A DNA stretch of 64,000 nucleotides from a virus (lineage: Duplodnaviria > Caudoviricetes), in IMG/VR virus record IMGVR_UViG_3300008255_000098, one strand, 5' to 3'. Of this stretch, positions 18,983-27,485 are shown one piece after another; the stretch's first letter is position 1; each line of letters begins with the position of its first letter. Below the pieces are notes generated by a model that searched no databases, was not told where the DNA came from, and worked only from the letters and a program-made list of their open reading frames with translations. The position numbers were made by a program, and so were the translations under genes.

Positions 18983-19047
18983 ATTTTACCTTTGCTGTAT
19001 CTTGTATGTAAAAAATATATATGTCTTACTAAAAATTTTAAACCACT

Positions 19048-19581
19048 TTATTTGCGCACATACAGAGATTCACCTTCAGGTCCTCCGTTGTCTATGGTAA
19101 GTTTTCTTTCGAATCCAACACTTGACAAAAAATTATCTAGGTCTTCAAGAGTATTGGGATGTTGTTGTGTCTTAAATCTGACATTTGTATAAATTGCTTT
19201 AAAAGGAAATCTTCCAAGTAGCGGCCCAAATCCTTCTAATACAGATTTTTCTTCGCCATGTAAATCTAAAACGATTAAATCATAAAAATCTAAATTAATA
19301 TCAACAATATTCTCACGAACGAGTTGATCAAAAGTTATATTATTTTGGGTAGTAACATTTGATAAATTTGCACAAAAATATTTTGAAAATACTGTTGTTT
19401 CTCTTGTATTTTTGTATAAATTAGCAATATTTTCTTGCTTTTGTTCTATCCACAAAGCGTGTGAAAAATTGTTTTTTTCATAAGCTTTGGCATATTTTTC
19501 TCCGTTGGTACCAATGTGAATTACTCCAACAAAATTTTCTGTCGAACAAGTCTCAGCGCAATCTTTAAATGGTATAAACAT
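19048..19581 (-). CDS. Degenerate FkbM-like methyltransferase paralog
   Basis: GVIHIGT, YDLIVLDLHGEEKSVLEGFG and FKAIYTNVRF align with 870-1490, but with an internal deletion. Confidence 0.65.
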   Translation of the reverse strand: MFIPFKDCAETCSTENFVGVIHIGTNGEKYAKAYEKNNFSHALWIEQKQENIANLYKNTRETTVFSKYFCANLSNVTTQNNITFDQLVRENIVDINLDFYDLIVLDLHGEEKSVLEGFGPLLGRFPFKAIYTNVRFKTQQHPNTLEDLDNFLSSVGFERKLTIDNGGPEGESLYVRK

Positions 19582-20423
19582 TACTTTTCCTCAATAAATT
19601 TAAGTTCCACTGGAACATGAACGGAGGTTGCTTGTATTCCAGAATAGCTTTTATAATCTATTGTTTGTCCAGAAAGATATTTTGTATTTATTTGTTCTGT
19701 TGAAAGTTCCCCCGTAAATCTATTATTGTATTGTGTTTGAACAATATTAACAGGAATATTAATTAATCTTGGACCTTCGGTATAACAACACAAATATTGA
19801 GGAAAACCATTTTGCTTACTTACAGCGTCTAACATGGATTCAAAAGTATTTGGATTTTTATATCTAATCACAGAAGCAATATTTTTCATAATGTCTGTTT
19901 TATATACGTTCCCGTCAACTGACATTGGGTATCCCCAATCACCTTCTTTTCCCGCCCATGCCCAAACTATATTTTTAACAAAATTTGGTACGGAGCTATT
20001 TTTGTTGGTGGCATAACAATGTGTTACCCCCTTGTGTAGTCGAAGACTTACAGCAATCATTGACTGATTTTTGTCAAGGAATTCAAATTGTTTATCATCT
20101 ATGGAAACAGTATTAACGAAAATATCGTCATCAACTAAAAACATAATAAAATTTGCTGTGCTATTTTGTATCGTGTTTGTTAGTTGAGAATAAAAATCTT
20201 CTTCTTCCTGCCAAATAAGATTCTTTTTTCCTAAAAAGATTTTTTGTGTTTTTAGGTATCCCTTTTTAAATTCATCGGTAGTTGCCTTCCATAATACTGT
20301 TACTTTTGGATCAAGACAAATAAATTTATCATAAAACGAGGCAAGGCACGTATGTGCTTGTGAGGCTCTATTGCAAGAAAACAATATTACTTCTATTTGT
20401 TTTTCATTGGTAATAATATCCAT
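19581..20423 (-). CDS. Glycosyltransferase-like protein (GT-A fold)
   Basis: ILFSCNRASQ, FIMFLVDDDIF (DxD), DWGYPMSVDG, PNTFES. Confidence 0.65.
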   Translation of the reverse strand: MDIITNEKQIEVILFSCNRASQAHTCLASFYDKFICLDPKVTVLWKATTDEFKKGYLKTQKIFLGKKNLIWQEEEDFYSQLTNTIQNSTANFIMFLVDDDIFVNTVSIDDKQFEFLDKNQSMIAVSLRLHKGVTHCYATNKNSSVPNFVKNIVWAWAGKEGDWGYPMSVDGNVYKTDIMKNIASVIRYKNPNTFESMLDAVSKQNGFPQYLCCYTEGPRLINIPVNIVQTQYNNRFTGELSTEQINTKYLSGQTIDYKSYSGIQATSVHVPVELKFIEEK

Positions 20424-20671
20424 ATATTTTCCTGTAAGAATTTCAACAACTTGATTTGTTTTTTATTTATTAATATTTTTTTTTCTAAAGTAGTTATAAT
20501 TCTTTTTTCTAAAACTGATTTTGTTGCTAACTTATACTTTTGTATGGCAGCTATGTAATATTCTGTGTCTTTTATAAGAAGTCTGCATTCTGCTTCTAAT
20601 AACGCCGCTATTGTTTTGGTTTTTCCAGTACGTATTATATTCAAGTAGATGGTTTTCTTAAAAGAGTTCAC
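20393..20671 (-). CDS. Hypothetical protein
   Basis: 92-aa ORF with GTG start filling the gap; no motif. Confidence 0.45.
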   Translation of the reverse strand: MNSFKKTIYLNIIRTGKTKTIAALLEAECRLLIKDTEYYIAAIQKYKLATKSVLEKRIITTLEKKILINKKQIKLLKFLQENIWILLPMKNK

Positions 20672-20711
20672 GAAGATAACTATCTCAAGATTGTTTTATA
20701 TGACAAGGCGT

Positions 20712-20750
20712 AAAACCCATCCATCGTTTTTACGTGGGCGGCCAGCTCAC
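20712..20750 (+). mobile_element. IS200/IS605-type right-end-like hairpin (copy B)
   Basis: AAAACCCATCCATCGTTTTTACGTGGGCGGCCAGCTCAC: same 17-nt terminus pattern GTGGGYGRNYAGYTCAY as copy A. Confidence 0.55.
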
Positions 20751-20753
20751 CTC

Positions 20754-21470
20754 TTAAACAAATGGTTCAATCAAGCTCCCGTTGTCACCCACAAATCCAA
20801 ATGCACGTAACGTTAAATCAAATTCTTTAGTATTTTGTACTGCTTTTAGCATTAATTTAGCAAGCTCACAAACTTCTCGCTGTGCGTGTGTGCTATACCG
20901 CAGGCCAATAAAGTGTGAAAAACTTCTAAAATTAAACTGCATGTCACATAAAATTTGATTGCCATATGGCAAATAAAATCTTGAACTTTCTTTAGCCCTC
21001 TTTCGAGCTTCAGACTTTTTCATACCTTTTACTCTAATATAATGTTCGGTAAGCCTTATAAGTGAATTATGATATTTTTCATATGTTTTTTCCATATGTT
21101 CTAAATAAATCTGTATTTCATCATCTGGCCAATCATCTGGGATGAATAGCTTATCTTCTTTTAGTTCTTTGTATCTAGCTGATTCAGCATTAATTGAAAC
21201 GCCAATTCTGTGTTTTAGAAGATGTATATGTGTTGCTATATCGCTCTTAACTAAGAAATGTAATGCGCTCTTTTCGAATGGAGTGTGATGATTATTTTCA
21301 GCCAACATTTTTAAAAGAGCAGGAATTCGTGCTTCCTTCTCTGGTGTTAGCTCTCGTGAGGTACTGGTCCAAGCAGAACAAGCGTGCTCTCTATCTCCAC
21401 CATAAAAACCAATAAGTTCAACTGTATTTTGATGTTCTGATTCATCGTTAAATATTCTTTGAGTGTCCAT
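20754..21470 (-). CDS. thyX: FAD-dependent thymidylate synthase ThyX
   Basis: HHTPFE; KHRIGVSINAESARY (ThyX motif RHRx7SxR variant); SRFYLP; NFRSFSHFIGLR; AQREV. Confidence 0.95.
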   Translation of the reverse strand: MDTQRIFNDESEHQNTVELIGFYGGDREHACSAWTSTSRELTPEKEARIPALLKMLAENNHHTPFEKSALHFLVKSDIATHIHLLKHRIGVSINAESARYKELKEDKLFIPDDWPDDEIQIYLEHMEKTYEKYHNSLIRLTEHYIRVKGMKKSEARKRAKESSRFYLPYGNQILCDMQFNFRSFSHFIGLRYSTHAQREVCELAKLMLKAVQNTKEFDLTLRAFGFVGDNGSLIEPFV

Positions 21471-21599
21471 GTGAACTATGGTAGCACTACAAAAATAAAA
21501 TGTGTATCAGTATTATTCGTCAAAATGTGGGCCTTTTCATAAGTTTCTAGGTCGCATACACCTAGGCTTTTCGAAAAAAGTTTATCTTTAGTGTTATCA

Positions 21600-21640
21600 G
21601 TGACGCCCCAACAGGTTTGTTCTGTGGGTGAGCAGTTCAC
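21600..21640 (+). mobile_element. IS200/IS605-type right-end-like hairpin (copy C)
   Basis: GTGACGCCCCAACAGGTTTGTTCTGTGGGTGAGCAGTTCAC: hairpin plus the same 17-nt terminus. Confidence 0.55.
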
Positions 21641-21981
21641 TCATCTAATTTCTTAATTCTGTTTATTTCATCTTCTAAAAATGTAATTTTTCTTTGTATT
21701 CCTGGCATATCTGGGCTACTGTAGGTTGAAATTTCGACTAACATTATTTTTAAATTTGGGTCTTTCCAAATTCTAGTAACACTTCCTTTAATCTTTCGCA
21801 CAGAAGCTTCTTTTGGGTTGAGTCTTGATACAGATAAACCATATTCTGCTGCAATTCCAATCTCCTCTGGCGTTTTAAAATCAATTGATACTAAACTGCC
21901 AACAGAAATTTCTGTAAGACATTCTTTAATAGATCTTTCCTGTACTTGGTGCCAGGGAAAAAACTTACTCCAAAATGCCAT
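21637..21981 (-). CDS. Hypothetical protein (possible SH3/Sm-like beta fold)
   Basis: 114-aa ORF; ISVGSLVSIDF...KIKGSVTRIW...TFLEDEINRIK. Confidence 0.7.
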   Translation of the reverse strand: MAFWSKFFPWHQVQERSIKECLTEISVGSLVSIDFKTPEEIGIAAEYGLSVSRLNPKEASVRKIKGSVTRIWKDPNLKIMLVEISTYSSPDMPGIQRKITFLEDEINRIKKLDE

Positions 21982-22020
21982 TTCACCTAGTATAATACCA
22001 ACAAAATTAATTTGATAACA

Positions 22021-23697
22021 TCAAATTTCTTGACTCTCATCTATAACTTTAAGCATAGGAGCTGTTAGTAATGAAGCATTGTCATTTTTTTCAATCCAAT
22101 TAATGTCTCCGATTGGTTCTACCCGATATACCCTAACGCTTTCTACTGATTCACTATTATTTCTAGCTGTATTGCTATTCATAGCAATTATAAGTTGTTT
22201 GCCAGAGTTGGATTTGATATAATCTCCAGAGCCGTATTCTTCAGCAGTAGCGTAATAAAATGGTTGGTTGATGGCTTCTAAATCTACCTCTACCCCTTTC
22301 GAATAATCTTTACGATATCTATTCACACCCATTATTGGACCCTCATAAAAAATATCTGATAATCGTGTATTGCGGAAAATTATATTTTCTCTTTCAAAAT
22401 TTTCTTTAACTAAGCTCGGGTCTATATGTAGTTTATTGAGTTTTTGTAACATTGAAAAGTTATTTTTAGCAGTTGCATAATAAACAAAGTTTAACCATGG
22501 GCGTTTAACTTCTTCTTCTTCGCCATCTCCGCTAGACATAAAACTTATAGACCCCCCTGCACGGGAAGAATCAAAGCTACAATCATCATCTTTTGTTTGT
22601 GTTTTTGGATTTTCTATATCGTCTAATGGTTTTTTAGAAATATCACTTCTATTTTTGTAATAATATTCCCAAACATTTGAAGCATCTGGAGAAACAGAAT
22701 CTCTATCTGCTGTCACTCCGTGATTTCCAGCTACTTCAATAGCAACGTCATATAATAATGGTCCATAACCTTTTGTAGCCTCAGATTGAAAAATAATATA
22801 TGCGCCAAGACACCCAGTCTTTGCTAGTTTCATTTCCACATAACCTTCAACTCCAGAAGAGTTTTCTGTATATTTTACAACAACATTACCCATATACGGT
22901 TCTATGGAAACACCAACATCTTCTGGAAGAGAACTTGGATTTCTAGCTGCTTCTACAAAAAACATTTCTCTTAAAGAATGTTTTTTCTTCCTGCGTTTCT
23001 TATGTTTTTTAATAAATCCTGGGACTCCGGGATCTCTAGTTGGCTTTCCTTTGGAATCTCTATTGTATAAATTGTCTGGTAGAGAACCGCCTAATTGAAA
23101 ATATGAAAGTCCACCATTTGAACCAATATATTCTTCTTCAAGCTCTTTACCTTCGGATAGATTACAAGGTAGAAATACAGCAATGTTGTTTTTGACATTT
23201 GTTATTGCCTTTATTCTATTAGAATCAACTCCTCGTTTCTCAAGGTGTTTTATAATATCTTTTGGTGTTTCTGTTTCTTCAAAAAATAATTTTTCCAAAG
23301 AATGTTTTTTACTTTCAAAGTTATATTCGTAGTCATCTGGTTTGTCAATTACATAAGCTTTAGCATATTTTTTACCAGAAATTTTCTGTTGTGAAAGTCT
23401 GTGGTGTCCATCTTGTATATACATGTTCCCGTTTGCAGTTCTAACAATAATCGGGAATTTTGTTTTCGGGACCCATTCACCGCTGTTGTGCTTTTTGATT
23501 GTACCTGTAGAAACAAATTTTTGTGTTGCTAATAGTTTTGGGTCATTTAGATTTATAGTTATAACTTTACCAGTTTTGTATAATGGGTCCATTTTTGTTA
23601 CGGAAACTCCCCACATATCTTCATCCTCAGGCGGGGGATTATAAATATTAAATGGAACTTCTATTTCGTCTTTAGTTTTTTTAGTTCTATAACCCAT
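22021..23697 (-). CDS. Multi-domain protein: ParB/Srx-like, GNAT-like and ART-like modules
   Basis: PIIVR...IQDGHHRL (ParB-like); GYGPLLYDVAIE...DRDSVSPDASNVW (GNAT-like); FYYAT...VRVYRVEPIGD (Arr-like). Modules are separated by repeated KKHSL.E.FF.E. Confidence 0.6.
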   Translation of the reverse strand: MGYRTKKTKDEIEVPFNIYNPPPEDEDMWGVSVTKMDPLYKTGKVITINLNDPKLLATQKFVSTGTIKKHNSGEWVPKTKFPIIVRTANGNMYIQDGHHRLSQQKISGKKYAKAYVIDKPDDYEYNFESKKHSLEKLFFEETETPKDIIKHLEKRGVDSNRIKAITNVKNNIAVFLPCNLSEGKELEEEYIGSNGGLSYFQLGGSLPDNLYNRDSKGKPTRDPGVPGFIKKHKKRRKKKHSLREMFFVEAARNPSSLPEDVGVSIEPYMGNVVVKYTENSSGVEGYVEMKLAKTGCLGAYIIFQSEATKGYGPLLYDVAIEVAGNHGVTADRDSVSPDASNVWEYYYKNRSDISKKPLDDIENPKTQTKDDDCSFDSSRAGGSISFMSSGDGEEEEVKRPWLNFVYYATAKNNFSMLQKLNKLHIDPSLVKENFERENIIFRNTRLSDIFYEGPIMGVNRYRKDYSKGVEVDLEAINQPFYYATAEEYGSGDYIKSNSGKQLIIAMNSNTARNNSESVESVRVYRVEPIGDINWIEKNDNASLLTAPMLKVIDESQEI

Positions 23698-23714
23698 TTA
23701 TTCCTACCAGATGT

Positions 23715-24527
23715 TTATTTTTCTTCGTCATTGCCTGACCATAAAATATCATATTGACCAGACATATCTCCACCAAGAGGGTTACCTCCCGTGCCAGAAA
23801 TTTTGCCAGAAGACTGCACCGCCCCTGTACCTACACCAATAGCACTAATTTCGTTTATCTTACTAAAATCAGAAATTATTTCTTCCAACTCTTTAATAGA
23901 TTTTTCTGGCGATGTATGTAAAATAGTTGTACCCCCATTTGCAATAAATTTATTCACAAATTTTAGTCTATCATCAATTAGAATATCATACCTGCTATTA
24001 GCAAATTTCTCTTTGTTTTGCGTGCAATAAAAGTTATTGTACATCCCTTTAAAGTTTTTATCAGCCCACTCATGTTTTTCCTTTTCGCAGGTTGGATTAG
24101 AGTCTATTGGGGCAGTTAAAATATTAGGTAGCTTTCCAGTAAAATTTTTAGCAGCATTGAGCATATTTTTAGCTCCTGGTAAAACCTCTAACCCTATAAA
24201 AAATCCTGGCTGCGAAGCAAAAGAATAAGTAAGCCCTCTGTATTTATTCCAAGCTTTTTTAAGCTTTGCCATTACTGGATCTTTTTGTTGACCTCTAAAT
24301 TTTTCTCTTAGTTCATCTGTCGGCAAACCCTGTAAATCAGGAACTTGTGAAAACAATTCATCAAGTTCTTTTTTAGAATTTTCTACTATCTTATTATGTA
24401 CAAGTCCACCATGAAAATCTGCTAATACTCCATCCATATCAAAATAAACTGTTATTTCTGGTTTTTCTAAAGAACTAAGTTCGTTTTCTACTAATAGTTT
24501 AATTAAGTTTTTAATTTTGTGTGTCAT
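23715..24527 (-). CDS. HAD-superfamily 5'(3')-deoxyribonucleotidase-like with leader and Gly-rich tail
   Basis: VYFDMDGVLADF, ILTAP, EKHEW, ILIDDR. Confidence 0.85.
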   Translation of the reverse strand: MTHKIKNLIKLLVENELSSLEKPEITVYFDMDGVLADFHGGLVHNKIVENSKKELDELFSQVPDLQGLPTDELREKFRGQQKDPVMAKLKKAWNKYRGLTYSFASQPGFFIGLEVLPGAKNMLNAAKNFTGKLPNILTAPIDSNPTCEKEKHEWADKNFKGMYNNFYCTQNKEKFANSRYDILIDDRLKFVNKFIANGGTTILHTSPEKSIKELEEIISDFSKINEISAIGVGTGAVQSSGKISGTGGNPLGGDMSGQYDILWSGNDEEK

Positions 24528-25507
24528 CCGTACTCGTGCTTTGTTTGAAGTTTTATTTGTATTTCTTTAAACTTATTTATATCTATGAACCTAATATCGT
24601 ATCGGCTATCTAATTTATAATCAAATACTGATTTAATTATTGGTATAGAGGAATGCATTCCAGCGGTAAGTAAGTTTGTAGGAATTTCTTTTCCAGTTTT
24701 TGGTGTGCCGCCGTTTTTAAGTATTATTTGTGCTTCCCTGGGAAAACTTTCAAGTGGCGTCTCTACGGCCACTAGAAGCCTAGATTTAGTAGGAATTACT
24801 AAACGGGAGGAACTTATAACCCACTCACCTTCAGACTTATAAGTATGTATTCCTTTTAGAACCGAGTATTTTATCAAATTTTGAAATGTTCTTGGATTAA
24901 TAGAGGAGATGTCTTCTGCCGTTGTGTTTTTTAAAATTTCTTCCCAAAAATACTTCGTTAAATCTTCTAGAGAGTTTATTTCGACTTCTCCATTTTCATA
25001 TCTTTTATTTATATCATAAGATGACACATAACCATCACGCATAAGTGACCCAAGATGTCTAACGCCATCATCATTTGAAGTAAGAGCACTCCTATATATT
25101 TCTCTAAAAATATTGTCTATTATTTTTCTATTTCCTTTGACGCCTTGGTCAGCGTTGAAAATTCTACGCAGCATAGCCATATTTTTATTAGTTAGCTGCT
25201 CGATATTATCATATTCAACACGTCTAAGATTTCCTTCATTCACCGATAAAGTATTTTTAGCGTTCATTACTACAACTGCGTTTCTAAATCCAATACCGAG
25301 CCAGTGCATCAAAATTCTATTATTATCTGAGATACCAGATATCCCTTCAAGCACACCTGCGGACAAATCTTTAAGATTCTTATCTGCGGTTGGGGAAACA
25401 GAGGTAATCAGCCAAAATACATTAGGATTTCCAGAAGTAGAACGTACCTCGTGTAAAACATCTTTTGTATAAATGTCAATTATAAATTTTAATTGTCTGG
25501 AAATCAT
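24524..25507 (-). CDS. Hypothetical protein (paralog of 25504-26496)
   Basis: Shares VFW.TS, WLGI.RNAV.V, YDN, YKSEGEW.I and SRY...FI with the neighbour. Confidence 0.8.
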   Translation of the reverse strand: MISRQLKFIIDIYTKDVLHEVRSTSGNPNVFWLITSVSPTADKNLKDLSAGVLEGISGISDNNRILMHWLGIGFRNAVVVMNAKNTLSVNEGNLRRVEYDNIEQLTNKNMAMLRRIFNADQGVKGNRKIIDNIFREIYRSALTSNDDGVRHLGSLMRDGYVSSYDINKRYENGEVEINSLEDLTKYFWEEILKNTTAEDISSINPRTFQNLIKYSVLKGIHTYKSEGEWVISSSRLVIPTKSRLLVAVETPLESFPREAQIILKNGGTPKTGKEIPTNLLTAGMHSSIPIIKSVFDYKLDSRYDIRFIDINKFKEIQIKLQTKHEYG

Positions 25508-26496
25508 AAAAGTTTTTCATGATACTTTTCACGATACTTTTCAAATTTTTCCATTGAGATAAAGTTAACTTGATATCGACTGGATAAATTATACTTATTA
25601 GTAAGCTCTATTAGCCTGAGCGCACGTTTTTCGGTTTGTAATTTTGGTGGATCTGGCCAGGCACCTTGTTTAGGAACTTGTGTGTATTCTTGTCGTGCTT
25701 GGTTAGAAATGGACTTTGGGTCAACGTCAAGAGCGATAAATATAGTACTTCCATTTGGGATTTCCATAGTATCCCCCTTTATCATCCACTCACCTTCAGA
25801 TTTATAAATTTCTCCTATGCGCTTTAGTGCCATGACAATTAAGTTTTCCCACACACTAGTTGGGAAATCCTTAGCTTCTTCTACAAGCCATTTTCCTTTA
25901 TTCTCGGCAATTTTAATAGTTGTTTTTTGTACCCAAGCTGCTAATTCTTTTATAGAATTTATATTTGGTTTTTCGTCTTTGTAGGCAGACCCGTATAAAG
26001 TGGCTGCCAACGTTCCATACTCAATATAATACAAAATAGTGGCAACAGATTTACTAGGTGGTTTTGATTGTTTGCCAGCCCACTGGACATAACCCATTAC
26101 AGTTTGCATTAAACCAAACCAATCATAATCTCGTTCTGGCGAGCGATCAAACAATCTAAAAAGTGTTGTCATGTTTTTTGAAACAAGATAATGTGGGTTA
26201 TCGTACATTATTCTGCTAACATTATTCAGTTTTAAGAATTTCTTAGCCGGGATGACTATAACAGCATTTCTAGCGATACCTAGCCACTGAGTTACAATTT
26301 CTTTCGTTCCAGATATACCTTTAACTCCTTTTAGTTTTCCAGTAGAGATCTGTTCTAAGAATTTTTCTGAGTGTTCATCTATAGAAGTCACCATCCAAAA
26401 AACAGTTGGAATGTCTTTTTGTGTGTAGGATACCTCAATTAGAACTTTTTCTAATTCAGAATTTATTAATTTTTGTAAAACTTTCATTTTACTCAA
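25504..26496 (-). CDS. Hypothetical protein (paralog of 24524-25507)
   Basis: Same shared motifs as 24524-25507; coupled by overlap. Confidence 0.8.
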   Translation of the reverse strand: MSKMKVLQKLINSELEKVLIEVSYTQKDIPTVFWMVTSIDEHSEKFLEQISTGKLKGVKGISGTKEIVTQWLGIARNAVIVIPAKKFLKLNNVSRIMYDNPHYLVSKNMTTLFRLFDRSPERDYDWFGLMQTVMGYVQWAGKQSKPPSKSVATILYYIEYGTLAATLYGSAYKDEKPNINSIKELAAWVQKTTIKIAENKGKWLVEEAKDFPTSVWENLIVMALKRIGEIYKSEGEWMIKGDTMEIPNGSTIFIALDVDPKSISNQARQEYTQVPKQGAWPDPPKLQTEKRALRLIELTNKYNLSSRYQVNFISMEKFEKYREKYHEKLL

Positions 26497-26514
26497 TCAT
26501 TGTCCATTTGTTGT

Positions 26515-27174
26515 TTAAAAATATCCATAATCTACCAATACTACATTTCCGTTTGAGGTTATTCCCCAGTGGTCGAGCCTGTCAATGTCGGCGACACCTA
26601 ATTTTGTTAAGTCGTATATCCCTTTTAAAAGTTGCATGTCAAACTTATTTAAATCTTCAACTTCTATTTTTTTATTCGTTCCAACATAAATCTCATCTTC
26701 GAACCATAAATTCCTATGGTTGATTGTTTCTTTGATGGCATCGCTAAGATTATTAGTATGTTCTATTTTAGGAATAAAATCATCTATAATTTGTGTGTCG
26801 ATAGTTAGTTTTGAATATGCTTGTTTGTTGTCTATAAACACCTGAACCGCCTCAGAAATTATCCAAAAGTAATTGTCTGCAAAATCATATATTTTTGCTA
26901 AATATTTCTTGGGAATAGTGCTGTTTGTATATACAGATACTTCTTGTTTATTTTGTAACCAACGACTCGGAATCTGCACTTTCAGTACTTTACCTGAACC
27001 GAGAGCGAAGACTCTTCTTGTACTGCCAGAGCCTAATTCAATTAAATGTTTTTCAGCGTATTCATTTATCTCTTTTATAGTTTTAAGACTTTTCAGAACT
27101 TTAAAACTAAAGCCTCTATAACTCTCTAAAAGTATATTGTTGACCTCTTCATTTATTATATCAAGTATATTCAT
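26515..27174 (-). CDS. Protein kinase-like (phage Ser/Thr kinase fold)
   Basis: LGSGSTRRVF (Gly loop), VLKV, NKQEV, D..DHWG, VLVDYG. Start placed at MNILD (27174), 1 nt after the upstream stop, rather than the track's 27213. Confidence 0.75.
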   Translation of the reverse strand: MNILDIINEEVNNILLESYRGFSFKVLKSLKTIKEINEYAEKHLIELGSGSTRRVFALGSGKVLKVQIPSRWLQNKQEVSVYTNSTIPKKYLAKIYDFADNYFWIISEAVQVFIDNKQAYSKLTIDTQIIDDFIPKIEHTNNLSDAIKETINHRNLWFEDEIYVGTNKKIEVEDLNKFDMQLLKGIYDLTKLGVADIDRLDHWGITSNGNVVLVDYGYF

Positions 27175-27175
27175 T

Positions 27176-27399
27176 TTATAAATCCCAATAATCTCCACTT
27201 GATTCAAAATCATTTATTTCGTAGACTGCCAATATAGTCCTATCAGAAGAGGTAAACTCATTATGACCATATCTTAAAAGATCACCAAAACCAGCTTTTG
27301 TTGTTTCAAGTACTTTGGTAAATAATTCTAAATCAAGAGACGTAAATTCATTAGTTTTGATATAATCTCTTTTTTTTCCTTTTGTTTAAGAAGTTTCAT
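27176..27399 (-). CDS. Small protein requiring a -1 shift at an A8 run (or frameshifted pseudogene)
   Basis: ATG 27399 gives MKLLKQKEKK then a stop after 23 aa; the -1 frame continues RDYIKTNEFTSLDLELF...GDYWDL* to 27176 (74 aa total). Confidence 0.5.
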
Positions 27400-27485
27400 A
27401 CTAAACCCTAAAACTTTCGGACAGATTTTTTAACTATATTTTCAATATATGTTATTAGCGAATAATTCACGCTTATAACTATTCT

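Noticed and set aside
27174-27213. Track start of the kinase at 27213, and similarly extended starts for dut (37316), recA (38562), GT2 (52856) and the lysin (50506)
   Set aside because: These overlap upstream genes or lack SDs; downstream ATGs have better SD or coupling context.
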